Below are positions 19,532 through 34,322 of a stretch of DNA of 64,000 nt, piece by piece. The DNA is from the human T2T-CHM13v2.0 reference genome, Homo sapiens. Location of the stretch: NCBI RefSeq assembly GCF_009914755.1, contig NC_060932.1; one strand, given 5' to 3'. The translations under genes were made by a program, and so were the position numbers. Position 1 is the stretch's first letter. Every line of letters starts with the position of its first letter. The notes below the pieces were generated by a model, which was not told the DNA's origin, ran no database searches, and saw nothing but the letters and a program-made list of their open reading frames with translations.

Positions 19532-20149
19532 CCAGATTAAAGATTTTTATTCAGAAAAATTTTATTTAATAACCAAAAAAAAACATTGTTTTAAAATAAG
19601 GTCTAATGTTTTTCCTTTCTAATAATTTTCCTTTTTAAAACAATGTTTGATTCCGTCTCTCATCTCAGCAGAGCCTGTTTGTAATGCTTCTTTACACCGT
19701 ACCCTAATTGGAGCTTGCGGTGGGGCCGTTCGCCCAGCCTAGAACTGCCCTAACCCCGCAGCGCGGGTCCTCTTACCAGAGCCCTGGCGGGCTAAAATGG
19801 GATCCTCCTATTCTACTCCTACTTCTTTCTTCCTACCACAGGGACCCCAAACCATTCCCTGTTTAAGAAAAACTAATTCCTCCAGTTAGATTCCCTCCAG
19901 TCAGACCTCTTCTCGGCCTCTGAACCACCGTTTCCCTTTTTGTTCCCTTTAAATAAAGAAGAGCTCCTCTCCTATTCCGCGCACCCCACCCACCCTGTCC
20001 AACCTCCTTCCTTTTTCATTGTCTGGTTGCTTTGTGTACAACGTCCCAGCGATGAAACACCCTCCAGCCGCTTCCCTTTTCAACCTTGCCAGTTCCTGCA
20101 GAAACCAAGATGAAAGTTTCAAAATCCTGACCTACACCAGAACGTTTTG

Positions 20150-20575
20150 TTTAGAAAATTGACAGCTAATTAAACTGCTTCTGTCACTGCAATTCATGTC
20201 TGCTTTAACTGCACCCCGCTCAATTGCTAACACAAACTTGATGCTGGTTATTGAGTTTTCTCAATTAACTATTTCACCCAATCAATGGCCTTCAAATATT
20301 AGCCTCTGCTTTTGAAACTTTGGAAGTAGAAGCCAGCGAATTAATTCTCAGTAGTAGAAAGAAATCAAAACTGAAGTTGACCCCTTCTGCCGATTTAAAA
20401 GGGCTGGAGCTCTGCTGACACTGGAATTCGCAGATAACTGACTCTGGCATAACACAATTTTTTGCATTTAGCGATTAATGCAATTAGAAGCAACTGCTAC
20501 TACAATTTTATCTTATTTTTTAATTGAAGCAAGAAGTAGCTACTACATTTAATTAATGTAAATGTATATTGCAGG
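20150..20575. promoter_or_regulatory. Candidate conserved non-coding element/enhancer
   Basis: Non-repetitive; clustered TGACAG, TAATTA, CCAATCAAT and ATTAATGCAAT motifs; conservation inferred, not measured. Confidence 0.4.
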
Positions 20576-20683
20576 TAGGATAATGGTATAATTTTGTAAG
20601 GATAAAATACAGTAAATGAAAGTAACTTCTGATTTTACTCCCATCAGCCTTAGACATTTAGATTGGTTCAAGAGTAATTTTTA

Positions 20684-20960
20684 GCCCTGGTGTGGCTCAT
20701 ACCTATAATCCCAGCACTTCGATAGGCCAAGGCAAAAGGATCACTTGAGCCCAGGAGTTCGAGACAAGCCTGGGCAATATAGCGAGACCTCGTCTTTACT
20801 AAAACTTCTAAAAATTAGCCTGGCGTGGTGGTGTACACCTGTGGTCCCAGCCACTGGGGAGCCTAAGGCAGGAGGATCATTTGAGCCCAGGAGTTTGAGG
20901 CTTCAGTGAGCCTTGGTGACAAAGTGAGATCCTGTCTCAAAAAATATAAATAAATAAAAA
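20684..20960 (+). mobile_element. AluJ-type
   Basis: Alu consensus. Confidence 0.9.
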
Positions 20961-21300
20961 ATTTTAAATTAGCTTTATATTGTTTTATATTTAAATCACA
21001 AAGTTCTCACAAGGATGGAGGTTGTTTTCTCTTTAATGGAAAACAAAGCTTATTTTGAGGATTTATTCATTCATCAAACATTAACTTGGAATTGATAACT
21101 AGCATAGTGTTGGGAGTGTGGTGGGGGAGGGGTTACAGAAAGCAGAAGACAGTTTCCACTTTCAAGTTTATGATCTACTTAGAGAACAAAGTATATACAT
21201 AAAATCACTCATAGGAAATTTTGATCACCACCATAAGACAGGGGGAGAAAAGCAAAATAAGATAAATAAAAAAGAAAAAAGATTTTAAAGAAAATTTTGA

Positions 21301-21448
21301 GGCCAGACATGGTGGCTCTTGCCTGTAACCCCAGCACTTCGGGACGCCAAGGCAGGCAGATCGCTTGAGCTCAGGAGTTGGAGACCAGCCTGACCAACAT
21401 GGTGAAACCCCTTCTCCACCAAAAAAAAAAAAAGAAAAGAAAAGAAAA
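21301..21448 (+). mobile_element. Alu left monomer
   Basis: Alu consensus; flanking AAAGAAAAT(T/G)TTGA duplication. Confidence 0.9.
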
Positions 21449-21512
21449 TGTTGAAAGCAACATAATAAACAAGTATAACAATGGGGATTGTTTGTTTTTC
21501 ATGACCTTTACG

Positions 21513-21693
21513 ACTTGGTTGTCAGGTGAAATACAGGACCACCAGTTAAACTTGAATTTCATAAACAACAAATAATTTTTAGGTTATGTATAGCATGTCT
21601 CATGCTAAAAAAGAAAAAAAGTATTCATCATGTATCTGAAATTCAAGTTTAACTGGGCATCTTGTATTATTCTTTGCTAAATTCTGCAGCTCT
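21513..21693. mobile_element. MER53-like palindromic hAT MITE
   Basis: CCAGTTAAACTTGAATTTCA ... TGAAATTCAAGTTTAACTGG inverted arms. Confidence 0.8.
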
Positions 21694-22097
21694 AAACTTG
21701 AGGCATGTGCATTACAAAAAGGATCTTGACAGAGTGGAGTTCATCAAATGAGCTTCCTGGAGAATGTGAGCTTTCAGCCAACTGCTGAGGAAAGCAGTGG
21801 CTGGAAACAGAAGACATTCCACATGTGGCCAGTGCATGTTGATGGCACTGAAACCGAGATGAGCAAGTAATTCCTGGCCATGGCAGCAACCAGATCAGCT
21901 TTGCAGGAGGGACACAGATGGATAAAAGAACTGAAAACCAGCAATGGGAGTGATCAGTCATCACTGGATTTATTTCTATGGAGTTTGTTTAAAGGCTATT
22001 TTCCAATCAATGAGAACTTATTCTTCACTATTTCCTCCATATAAGCAAGGACTACAGGCTTTATTGGTTGGGACTCACAGGATTTAAAGTGTAGAGG

Positions 22098-22464
<367 letters not shown>

Positions 22465-23164
22465 TTATCTCTAAGGTATGTACATGGGCATTACAAGTGG
22501 AGTTTTGTAAGTACACATCTTAAAGATCAAAAATGTCTTTGAGATAGGTACCTTTGGGGAAGAAAAATAAATGTCTTTGAGAGAGAGAGTTATTCCAACT
22601 GGCTTCCAACAGTAGGGTTCTGGTATCTGGCAGGTCTTTGTTGCATGGTGCTCAGCAGGGTTGGAGGGAAGAGAATGAGTGAGACTTTACATGCTCTGTA
22701 CAATGAAAAGAGCAAGCATGAGAGTGAGGAGCTTGTAGTCTAAAGATTGTTCCTGTTGGTGTAGAGAAGGGTTCTGGGGAGAAGTGAAATAATTACAGAA
22801 ATAATGAAATTAAACTTTTTGTCCTGCTTTCAAATTTTCTGTGTCTAACAGCCCTGTTTCTAGAAATTGATCAAAACCATACACTGGCAAAACTAAAATT
22901 AGATATATGCACAAAGCTACTCATTGTAGCACTATTTGCAACAACAACAAACAACTGGGAATAATCTAAATGTCCTTGAATACGGGACTAGGTGAGTAAA
23001 ACATGGGGCATCCAAACAGTGGAGGACTCCACAGCTGTCAAAGGGAGAGGAGGTCGGGGGAGAAAGGAAAAAAAGCGGGGGAGAGGATACGTTGTTAAGT
23101 GAAGAAAGCCAGATCTAGGACAGTGTGTATAGCATGCTCCAGCTACATATAAGAACTGAGTCTA

Positions 23165-23466
23165 GGCCGGGTGCAGTGGCTCACACCTATAATCCAAGCA
23201 CTTTGGGAGGCCAAGGCAGGCGGATGACCTGAGGTCAGGAGTTCAAAACCAGCCTGGCCAATATGAAACCCCGTCTCTACTAAAAACACAAAAATTAGCT
23301 GGGCATTGTGGCGGGTGCCTGTAATCCCAGTCACTCAGGAGGCTGAGGCAGGAGAATCACGTGAACAGGGAGGTGGAGGTTGCAGTGAGCCGAGCTCATG
23401 CTATTGCACTCCAGCCTGGGCGACAAGAGAGAAACTCCGTCTCAAAAAAAAAAAAAAAAAAAAAAA
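23165..23466 (+). mobile_element. AluS
   Basis: TSD AAGAACTGAGTCTA. Confidence 0.95.
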
Positions 23467-23620
23467 GAACTGAGTCTACAAATTTGTTTATATTTCACAC
23501 ATTTGTATGATTATATTTCTATATTTTTAAAACAAAACTAAAGGATAATTATAAAACAAAAAATCATAACGCTCACCTCTCGGGGAGGGAGGAAATACGG
23601 TAGAGAAAAAAGAGACAGAA

Positions 23621-23981
23621 GGCTGGGCATGGTGGCTCATGCCTGTAATCCCAGCACTTTGGGAGGCCGAGGTGGGAGGATCACCTGAGGTCAGGAGTTC
23701 GAGACCAGCCTGAGCAACATGGTGAAACGGGCCTCTGCTAAAAATACCAGAATTAGCTAGGTGTGGTGGTGGGTGCCTATAATCCCAGCTACTCAGGAGG
23801 CTGAGGCAGAAGAATCACTTGAACCCAGGAGGTGGAGGTTGCAGTGAGCCAAGATTGCAGCACTGCACTCCAGCCTGGGTGACAGAGCAAGACTCTGTCA
23901 GAAAGAAAGACAAAAGAGAAAGAGAGAAAGAGAGAAAGAAAGAAAGGAAGAAAGAAAGAGAGAGAAAGGAAGGAAGGAAGG
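23621..23981 (+). mobile_element. AluS with (GAAA/GGAA)n tail
   Basis: Alu consensus. Confidence 0.95.
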
Positions 23982-23986
23982 TAGAC

Positions 23987-23988
<2 letters not shown>

Positions 23989-24026
<38 letters not shown>

Positions 24027-24303
24027 ACAGTCTTACTCTATAGCCCAGGCTGGAGTGCAGTGGTGCAATATTGGCTCATTGCAGCCTGTACCTCCCTGGG
24101 CTCAAGTGATCCTCCCACCTCAGCCTCTCAAGTAGCTGGGACCACAGGCTCATGCCACGATGCCTGGCTAATTTTTGTATTCTTTATAGGGATGGGGTTT
24201 TGCCATAATGCCAGGCTGGTCTCAAACTCCTGGGCTTAAGCAATCCACCCACCTCGGGCTCCCAAAGTGCTGGGATGACAGGTGTGTGCCACCATGCCTG
24301 GCT
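23989..24303 (-). mobile_element. AluJ with (GT)n tail (23989-24024)
   Basis: Alu consensus. Confidence 0.93.
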
Positions 24304-25805
24304 ACACTTCTTAAAATGTGCCTCATTGGGTAGATATAACTTTGGGATCATGTAATTATTTAAATAATTTATCATTAAATTATGAAAAAGCAATCCTCAA
24401 AATCAAAAAATAAAAGGAAACAAATGAACATGTATATCCAGTTGGTGGCATAACACCAAAGAGGAACCACTTTAAGTGATTTAAAACACAGTAATTTACG
24501 GGCATTCCCAATGGGATATACTGTAAGGATAAAAAGAACTGTGAAAAAATAATTTTAAAAATCGTAAAATTATTTCAGAGTTTGTGATGTTGGTATCGGA
24601 GATTGATGTATAACTTGGGACAAAGCAAATGAGTAATTATATGATGTTCATTCTCTCATACCCAGAGTCACTGAGACCAGATTCTTGGCATGGGAGGAAG
24701 GAAATAAATGATAGAAGAGGTTAACTGAAAATCCTGTAGTCATGAATTTCAGTATGGAGTACCAATATGAACAAATGCAGTATTTTATCTTCAAAACAAA
24801 ACCAAAAATATTTCCTAGTTCCGTTTGATAAGAAGTCCTAGAAATAACAACAAAAAAGGTAGCAATGAGCACTCTAGTGCCCCAATTGTGACCTTAAATA
24901 CTATTCCCACTAAAAGAAACAAGACTCTTTAGAAAGAACTAATTCTAGGGGCCAGACAAATACATGACCTTAGAACATCTTGTCATATCAGACAACGAAG
25001 GGGCTACCACAGACCACAGGATCATGTCAAAAGGGCTCAGGTGCCAACCTAAAGAGAGCCCCACTGGCAAGAGATGAAACAATTCAAGCATAAATATGAA
25101 TAATAATAGCAAGAGCTTGAAATATTTCCAATATGTTTACTTTATGAGTTTGCAAAGGCAGTACAGCAAAATATAGCCTAATTGATCACTGTTGCAGGAT
25201 ACTAATGAGCCAGCTTATTATTTTGAAAGCTGATAAAGAGAAAGAATCAAGCATTTATCCTGCCTTCCTATACAAACTATTCCACTGTGTAAACAAATTG
25301 TATTCAGCTAGAAAATGAAGAATGAGTGACAGAATTAGAATGTCACCATTCTGCAATCCCTAATGAATTAATGGACCTAGGCATTAACCGTCAATGGCTG
25401 CTAGTATCACAGAGAGACAATCACACCTATGGATGGAAGGACTATATAACCTATGAAGTGGTCTCGCTGAAAACTCAAACTTGAAGCTGACAAAGCTTCA
25501 AGATCTAACTACCAGGTCACAAGAACCTTAGGAGACAAAGGAACATGCTACACACTATGGGGGTGCAATTAGCAAAATCCACATGACAATGTCATGACAT
25601 GACAATCTTCGACAATTAAATTGCAAGGGGAAAAAACAAAGAAAGGGTGAGAACAATTATGGATTAAGCCAGACTTAGGAGACACATCAACAATCACAAT
25701 GTGTGGACATTAATTGCATCCTGAGTCAAACAAGTAAATCAGTTTTTTAAATTATGATCTTTGAGACAATTAGAAACTTGAACAGTGGCTTTAAAAAAAA
25801 TTTTA

Positions 25806-27056
25806 CCTCTCCCTCTCCCGCTCCCGCTCCCGCTCCCGCTCCCGCTCCCTCTCCCTCTCCCTCTCCAGGGTCTCCCTCTGATGCCGAGCCGAGGCTGGAC
25901 TGTACTGCCGCCATCTCGGCTCACTGCAGCCTCCCTGCCTGATTCTCCTGCCTCAGCCTGCCCAGTGCCTGGGATTGCAGGCGCGCGCCGCCATGCCTGA
26001 CTGGTTTTTGTATTTTTTGGTGGAGACAGGGTTTCGCCGTGTTGGCCGGGCTGGTCTCCAGCTCCTGACTGCGAGTGATCTGCCCGCCTCGGCCTCCCGA
26101 GGTGCCGGGATTGCAGACGGAGTGTCGCTCACTCAGTGCTCAATGTTGCCCAGGCTGGAGTGCAGTGGCGTGATCTCGGCTCGCTACAACCTCCACCTCC
26201 CAGCCGCCTGCCTTGGCTTCCCAAAGTGCCGAAATTGCAGCCTCTGCCCGGCCACCACCCCGTCTGGGAAGTGAGGAGCATCTCTGCCTGGCCGCCCATC
26301 GTCTGGGATGTGAGGAGCCCCTCTGCCTGGCCGCCCAGTCTGGGAAGTGAGGAGCGCTTCTTCCCGGCCACCATCCCGTCTAGGAAGTGAGGAGCATCTC
26401 TGCCTGGCAGCCCATCGTCTGGGATGTGAGGAGCCCCTCTGCCCGGCCGCCCAGTCTGGGAAGTGAGGAGCGCCTCTTCCCGGCCGCCATCCCGTCTAGG
26501 AAGTGAGGAGCGTCTCTGCCCGACCGCCCATCGTCTGAGATGTGAGAAGCGCCTCTGCCCGGCCGCGACCCCCTCTGGGAACTGAGGAGTGTCTCTGCCC
26601 GACCGCCACCCCGTCTGGGAGGTGAGGAGCGTCTCTGCCCAGCAGCCGCCCCGTCTGGGAAGTGAGGAGCGTCTCCACCCGGCAGCCACCCGGTCCAGAA
26701 GGTAGGGGGCAGCCCCCGCCCGGCCAGCTGCCCCGTCCGGGAGGGAGGTGGGAGGCAGCCCCCTCCCCACCAGCCGCCCCGTCTGGGAGGTGGGGGGCGC
26801 CTCTGCCCGGCCGCCCCATCTGGGAAGTGAGGAGCCTCTCTGCCCGGCCGCCACCCCGTCTGGGAGGTGTACCCAACAGCTCATTGAGAACGGGCCATGA
26901 TGACGATGGCGGTTTTGTCGAATAGAAAAGAGGGAAATGTGGGGAAAAGAAAGAGAGATCAGATTGTTACTGTGTCTGTGTAGAAAGAAGTAGACATGGG
27001 AGACTCCATTTTGTTCTGTACTAAGAAAAACTCTTCTGCCTTGGAAAAAAAAAAAA
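25806..27056 (+). mobile_element. SVA retrotransposon (older, SVA_A/B-like), 5'-complete and 3'-truncated within SINE-R
   Basis: Hexamer head 25806-25864, Alu-like domain, GC-rich VNTR ~26240-26870, SINE-R start to CTGCCTTGG (27044), then poly(A); TSD AAAAAA(A/G)ATTTTA at 25793-25805 and 27051-27063 at a TT/AAAA site. Confidence 0.95.
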
Positions 27057-27065
27057 GATTTTAAT

Positions 27066-27359
27066 TTTTTTTCTTGAGACAGGGTCTGTCTCTGTCGCCC
27101 AGGCCAAAGTGCAATGGCGAGACCTCGGCTTACTGCAACCTCCACATCCCAGACTCAAGTGATCCTCCCAACTCAGCCTCCCGAGTAGCTGGGAACAGAG
27201 GTGCGCATCACCACTCCCGGCTAATTTTTTTTGTATTTTTGTTAGAGACAGGGTTTCATCATGTTGCCCAGGCTGGTGTCAAACTCCTGAGCTCAAGCAA
27301 TCTGTCCACAGTGGCCTCCCAAAGTGCTGGGATTACAGGTGTGAGCCACGGTGGTGGCC
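27066..27359 (-). mobile_element. AluJ-type
   Basis: Alu consensus. Confidence 0.93.
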
Positions 27360-27451
27360 TTTAGGAATTTTTATTAATGTTAATATGTGATAATGGCATT
27401 ATGGTTATTTTACAACATGAGGCTTTTTTATCTCTCAAAAACATATACTAG

Positions 27452-27752
27452 GGCTGGGCGCAGTGGCTCACGCTTGTAATCCCAGCACTTTGGGAGGCCG
27501 AGGCGGGTGGATTGCTTGTGGTCAGGAGTTCGAGACCAGCCTGACCAACATAGTGAAACCCTGTCTCTACTAAAAGTACAAAAATTAGCCAGGCATGGTG
27601 GCAGGCACCTGTAATCTCAGCTACTCAGGAGGCTGAGGCAGGAGGCAGAGGTTGCAGTGAGCCAAGAGCGGCGCCATTGCACTCCAGCCTGGGTGACAGA
27701 GTGAGACTCCATCTCAAAAAAATAAATTTTATATATATATATATATATATAT
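27452..27752 (+). mobile_element. AluS with short internal deletion and (TA)n tail
   Basis: Alu consensus. Confidence 0.93.
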
Positions 27753-28271
27753 ACTGAAATATTTATGAGTAAAATTATATGAAATCTGAAATTTGCTTCA
27801 AATGGGTAAAGAGTGAGAAATAAGATGAAATAAGATGGTTCATGAACTAATAATCATTGAAGCTGGAAGACCAGTACATGGCAGTTTATTGTACTTTTCT
27901 CTTTACTTTTATATACATTAGAAACTTCCCTTAATTTTTAAAAATCTATATTGCAGATTAAAAAACAGCTACAATTTATTGAACAATTAACATAAATCAT
28001 CATTTTTTTATCTTCACAACACAGTAGTACCTACTGTGAGGTAGGTACTATTACCATAATCTCCATTTTAGAGGTAAGGAAACTGAGGCTTGGAGAGGTT
28101 AATTAATGTATCAAAGATCATGTAGCAAAAGACTCAAATCCACATACTAAGTAACCATTGTCTCATAAGTGGGTTTTCTGGAGACTGCATAATGATGCCA
28201 AGCCATGTGTCTAGGTTTGCATGAAATGAGAACAGAAGGTGTCCTTGGGGACAGCTGGCATCTGGGTTTCA

Positions 28272-28700
<429 letters not shown>

Positions 28701-29119
28701 TCAACACTTTACCAAAAAAAGTATTACTGAGCCTTTCAAGGAATGAAAAAGCAGGCAATATACTTGGAGACAGGCAAAAAGACATATGGTCCTCAAGGGA
28801 ATATGAGTTTGAATGGAAAAATTTGAACAATGGAGAACAGCTTGCCTCTTACTTCCCCTGATGTATGAAGTTTGGTCCATTTCCAATAGCAATCAGAAGC
28901 TTCTGGCAGTGGCCCAGCTGGCCTGCCTGTAAGACCATCTGGGAGAAAGGGAAGTGTCCACCACACACTGGTCAGGCTGACACCAGCACTGAACTGTTTG
29001 TTCATTTCTGCAGTACCTGCGGAGCTACTATATAAGGCTGGAGTAGTGACATCAACTTCAAATCATCCACGACTCCAAATAAATTAACTTGTCTGATCAA
29101 GATATTAAAGGGGACTTTT

Positions 29120-29583
29120 GGCCAGCCACCGTGGCTCACACCTGTAATCCCAGCATTTTGGAAGGCCGAGGCAGGAGGATTGCTTAAGCCCATGAATTGG
29201 AGACCAGCCTGGGCAACATAGCAAGACCTTGTCTCAATTATTGAAAAAAAAAAAAAAAAACTAAAAGGGTCATGCAACGTGGCTCATGCCTGTAATCCCA
29301 GCACTTTGGGAGGCCAAGGCAGAAGGATTACTTGAGCCCAAGAGTTCTGGATCAGCCCAGGCATATAGGCAGATCTCCTCTCTACAAAAATACAAAAACT
29401 AGGTGTGGTGGCACACACCTGTAGTCCCAGCTACTCAGGAAGCCGAGGTGGGAGGATGACTTGAGCCTGAGAGGTCTAGCCTGAGTGAGCCATGCAGGCC
29501 ACTGCACTTCAGCCAGGGTGACACAGTTAGACCCTGTCTCCAAAAAAAAAAAAGAAAAGAAAAGAAAAATATAAATAAATAAA
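29120..29583 (+). mobile_element. Tandem Alu monomer (29120-29260) plus AluJ (29268-29583)
   Basis: Alu consensus; outer duplication TAAAGG(G/A)GACTTTT. Confidence 0.9.
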
Positions 29584-30081
29584 GGAGACTTTTCAGAAAC
29601 GTAATGAATCAAGCTTAGAATAACTTATTACCAAGTTTTTAAAAAATTGGTCTGGAGTTCATCCCTGGTCTAATTAAGACCAATATTATCTTTTCTCCCG
29701 AATATAACTCAGGATAGCTATCTTCATTATTCTGCTTGCATCTAATGGCCGAGACATTAAGTCTCTGACTTTAATATATAGCTTTGAGGTTGAAAACTGT
29801 TATCTACCCAACACATTCTGTTGTGGGAGGAGATCACTTTTTATGTCATAAGAGATCAGACTAATTCTTTATTCTTTTCTTAGAAACAGAGATAAATATT
29901 CACAAGGATTCTTCAAACACCAGAGATAAAATACTGGATCATAAAAACATGATTTTTAAAAATTTTCTGCTAGATTCACAGGTGAAACAAGATGAATTTG
30001 AACCATATACAAACAGAGTTGTTTTACCACAAATTTACTGATTCTAAAGGCTTTTACGTAGTAATAAGAGGTAAGAAATTA

Positions 30082-30395
<314 letters not shown>

Positions 30396-30704
30396 GAGAG
30401 TAGAGAAAATGCAGAATCAATCACTATAATTAGAAAAATCTAAAATGTTATAGATTTCCTATTTTATCAATTTTTTCCACTGAAGAGAATATGTCAATAT
30501 TTTGTATGCAATCGGAGAAATAATAGGTGCTCAGTTGTTGAAAAGACATAACTGCAAATCAAGCCCACCACCACACTCTCAGATTACTGATAATGTAGAT
30601 GCTGTCATCCTCGTTTTCAGTTTTTGAAAGCACTTATTTATCATTCACTTACATAGAAGGGAAACTCTCTTCCCTTCTATAGGTCAAGCAATATAGATTA
30701 TATG

Positions 30705-30960
30705 CATATTCATTCATTTAACAAATACAGCAGTAAGTTTGGCAAACTACTGTATTATACGCCAGGCACTGTGCTCAGAACTCGAAATACAACTCTGAAT
30801 AAAACAGACATGGTCCCTGCCTATATGAAGCTTTGGGAGGGACAAATAACTAAACAGATCATTACAATAGAGAGTAAGAAGATATTAGGAATTAATGTAA
30901 TCTCAACTATGGTGACTACTAGGAAGGGGAATATAGTGTGCTATGAGAGAATATAAGTGG
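30705..30960 (-). mobile_element. L2 3'-end fragment
   Basis: ATTCATTCATTTAACAAATA...GCCAGGCACTGTGCT...ACAGACATGGTCCCTGCC. Confidence 0.65.
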
Positions 30961-31122
30961 AGTCTAAATTTGAATGTTTATCATACCAGAAACCTCAATG
31001 AAATACTTAATGTTGTTAGAATATCCATATGAACCCTCAAATTTCCCAAACATTCTTCCAAATAGGTAGTCATGTGATTAGTTTGGGCCAATGGGCTGGG
31101 TGGAGAAGTGTATCATTTCTAG

Positions 31123-31444
<322 letters not shown>

Positions 31445-31920
31445 AGGAGGAAGCATTTAAGAGACAGAGCTACTCTCTAGCTCTTTCCGCTTCAGCCACT
31501 ACAGTCATGGAGGCCACGTATTCGGATGAAGTTTCAAAAGATGGAGACAGCCTAGATTGCTAGGTCACAACAAGGACAGGTACCCTGGAAAGTTGCTGAC
31601 ATTCATCGAATGTCCTGTGAGCAAGAGATGAACTTTGTTGTGCTAAACCACTGAGATTTAGAAGTTATTACCATGACATGGCCTATTCTTCCTTGTCCAT
31701 ACTCTCAAAGGAGTCACATTCACTCTTATGACATCTCTCCATTTTGCCAATGGAGAAATGAAGACAGAAACATTTAGTGAGTTGCCTAAAATTAGTCAGT
31801 ACTGAAATAGAATATCCTGCCTTCCACGTGAGAGCTCTAGTCAAAAGATCAGTATTTTTCAAAACCAGATTGAGACATACTAACTTTAAAATCAATTTAA
31901 GTCACAATTAGGAATTTTTA

Positions 31921-33184
<1,264 letters not shown>

Positions 33185-33482
33185 TCACCATCAGGAGTTT
33201 TTAAAAGATAAATTAGGACACACTAACCTAGGGTAAAAAATACCAGAGTGCATTCCATTAAGTGTTTTGTTTTAGGAAACTTTTGTTAAAAACATATATA
33301 CATACAAACATATTTATTACATTATACATACATACACATATGTATGCATCAGAGACTTGTCATGTAAAATGTATTTCTTACCGTGTCATAGACAAATAGT
33401 TTGAAAAATATTACATTAGACTGCACAATAATTGTTTAAGGAGAGGCATTTAGATAAAGCAATATAAGAATATTAATGAAGT

Positions 33483-33807
<325 letters not shown>

Positions 33808-33872
33808 GTTAAATGTTTAAAATTAAAGTTAAATGTCTCATAATTAATTTAAAATGTAAGAAAATGTTAAGT

Positions 33873-33990
33873 GGCCAGGCATGGTGGCTCACGCCTGTAA
33901 TCCCAGCACTTTGGGAGGCCAAGGCAAGTGAATTGCCTGAGCTCAGGAGTTCGAGACCAGCCTGAGCAACATGGCAAAACCCTGTCTTTA
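33873..33990 (+). mobile_element. Alu left monomer
   Basis: Alu consensus. Confidence 0.9.
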
Positions 33991-34322
33991 TTATTTTTTA
34001 AAAGTAAATATATATGTATATATATTTATTTATAAGAAAACATTAAATGAATCATTGGCAGCAGGAAAACTAAAGTTAGGATTTGGATTCACTAATTTAT
34101 CCATCCATTCATCCAAAAAAAATTTATTGAGCACCTGCCAGGTGCCAAATACTGAGCGAGGGTCTGAGAAAATGGCTATGTATAAAACAGAAATGTTTTC
34201 TGCCCTTATGGAGCTTATATTCTAAGCAAGGAAGACAAACATTAGATTTTTTTAAATACACATTTAGTTATTGAGCTATGATTGCAGTGAGTGCTAAGGA
34301 AGAAAAGAAGACCACGAATGCA

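Larger units (their letters stand above)
22860..25790 (+). mobile_element. Ancient L1M (L1MC/ME-like) 3' region, fragmented by Alus; continues at ~27360-27940 beyond the SVA
   Basis: Typical L1M 3' motifs: TCATTGTAGCACTATTTG...AAACAACTGG; AGCAATGAGCACTCTAGTGCCC; TGTGATAATGGCATTATGGTTAT. Confidence 0.55.

Noticed and set aside
21513-21693. Long hairpin as a candidate miRNA
   Set aside because: Explained by the MER53-like palindromic MITE; no expression evidence
26240-26870. Repeat-spacer-like periodic array (CRISPR-like look)
   Set aside because: SVA VNTR units without unique spacers, in eukaryotic DNA
26129-27145. 338-aa minus-strand ORF
   Set aside because: Antisense reading of the GC-rich SVA VNTR and flanking Alu; stop-poor by composition, with no domain similarity
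29026-29037. TATA/CArG-like CTATATAAGG
   Set aside because: Imperfect CArG box with no supporting promoter context; expected by chance
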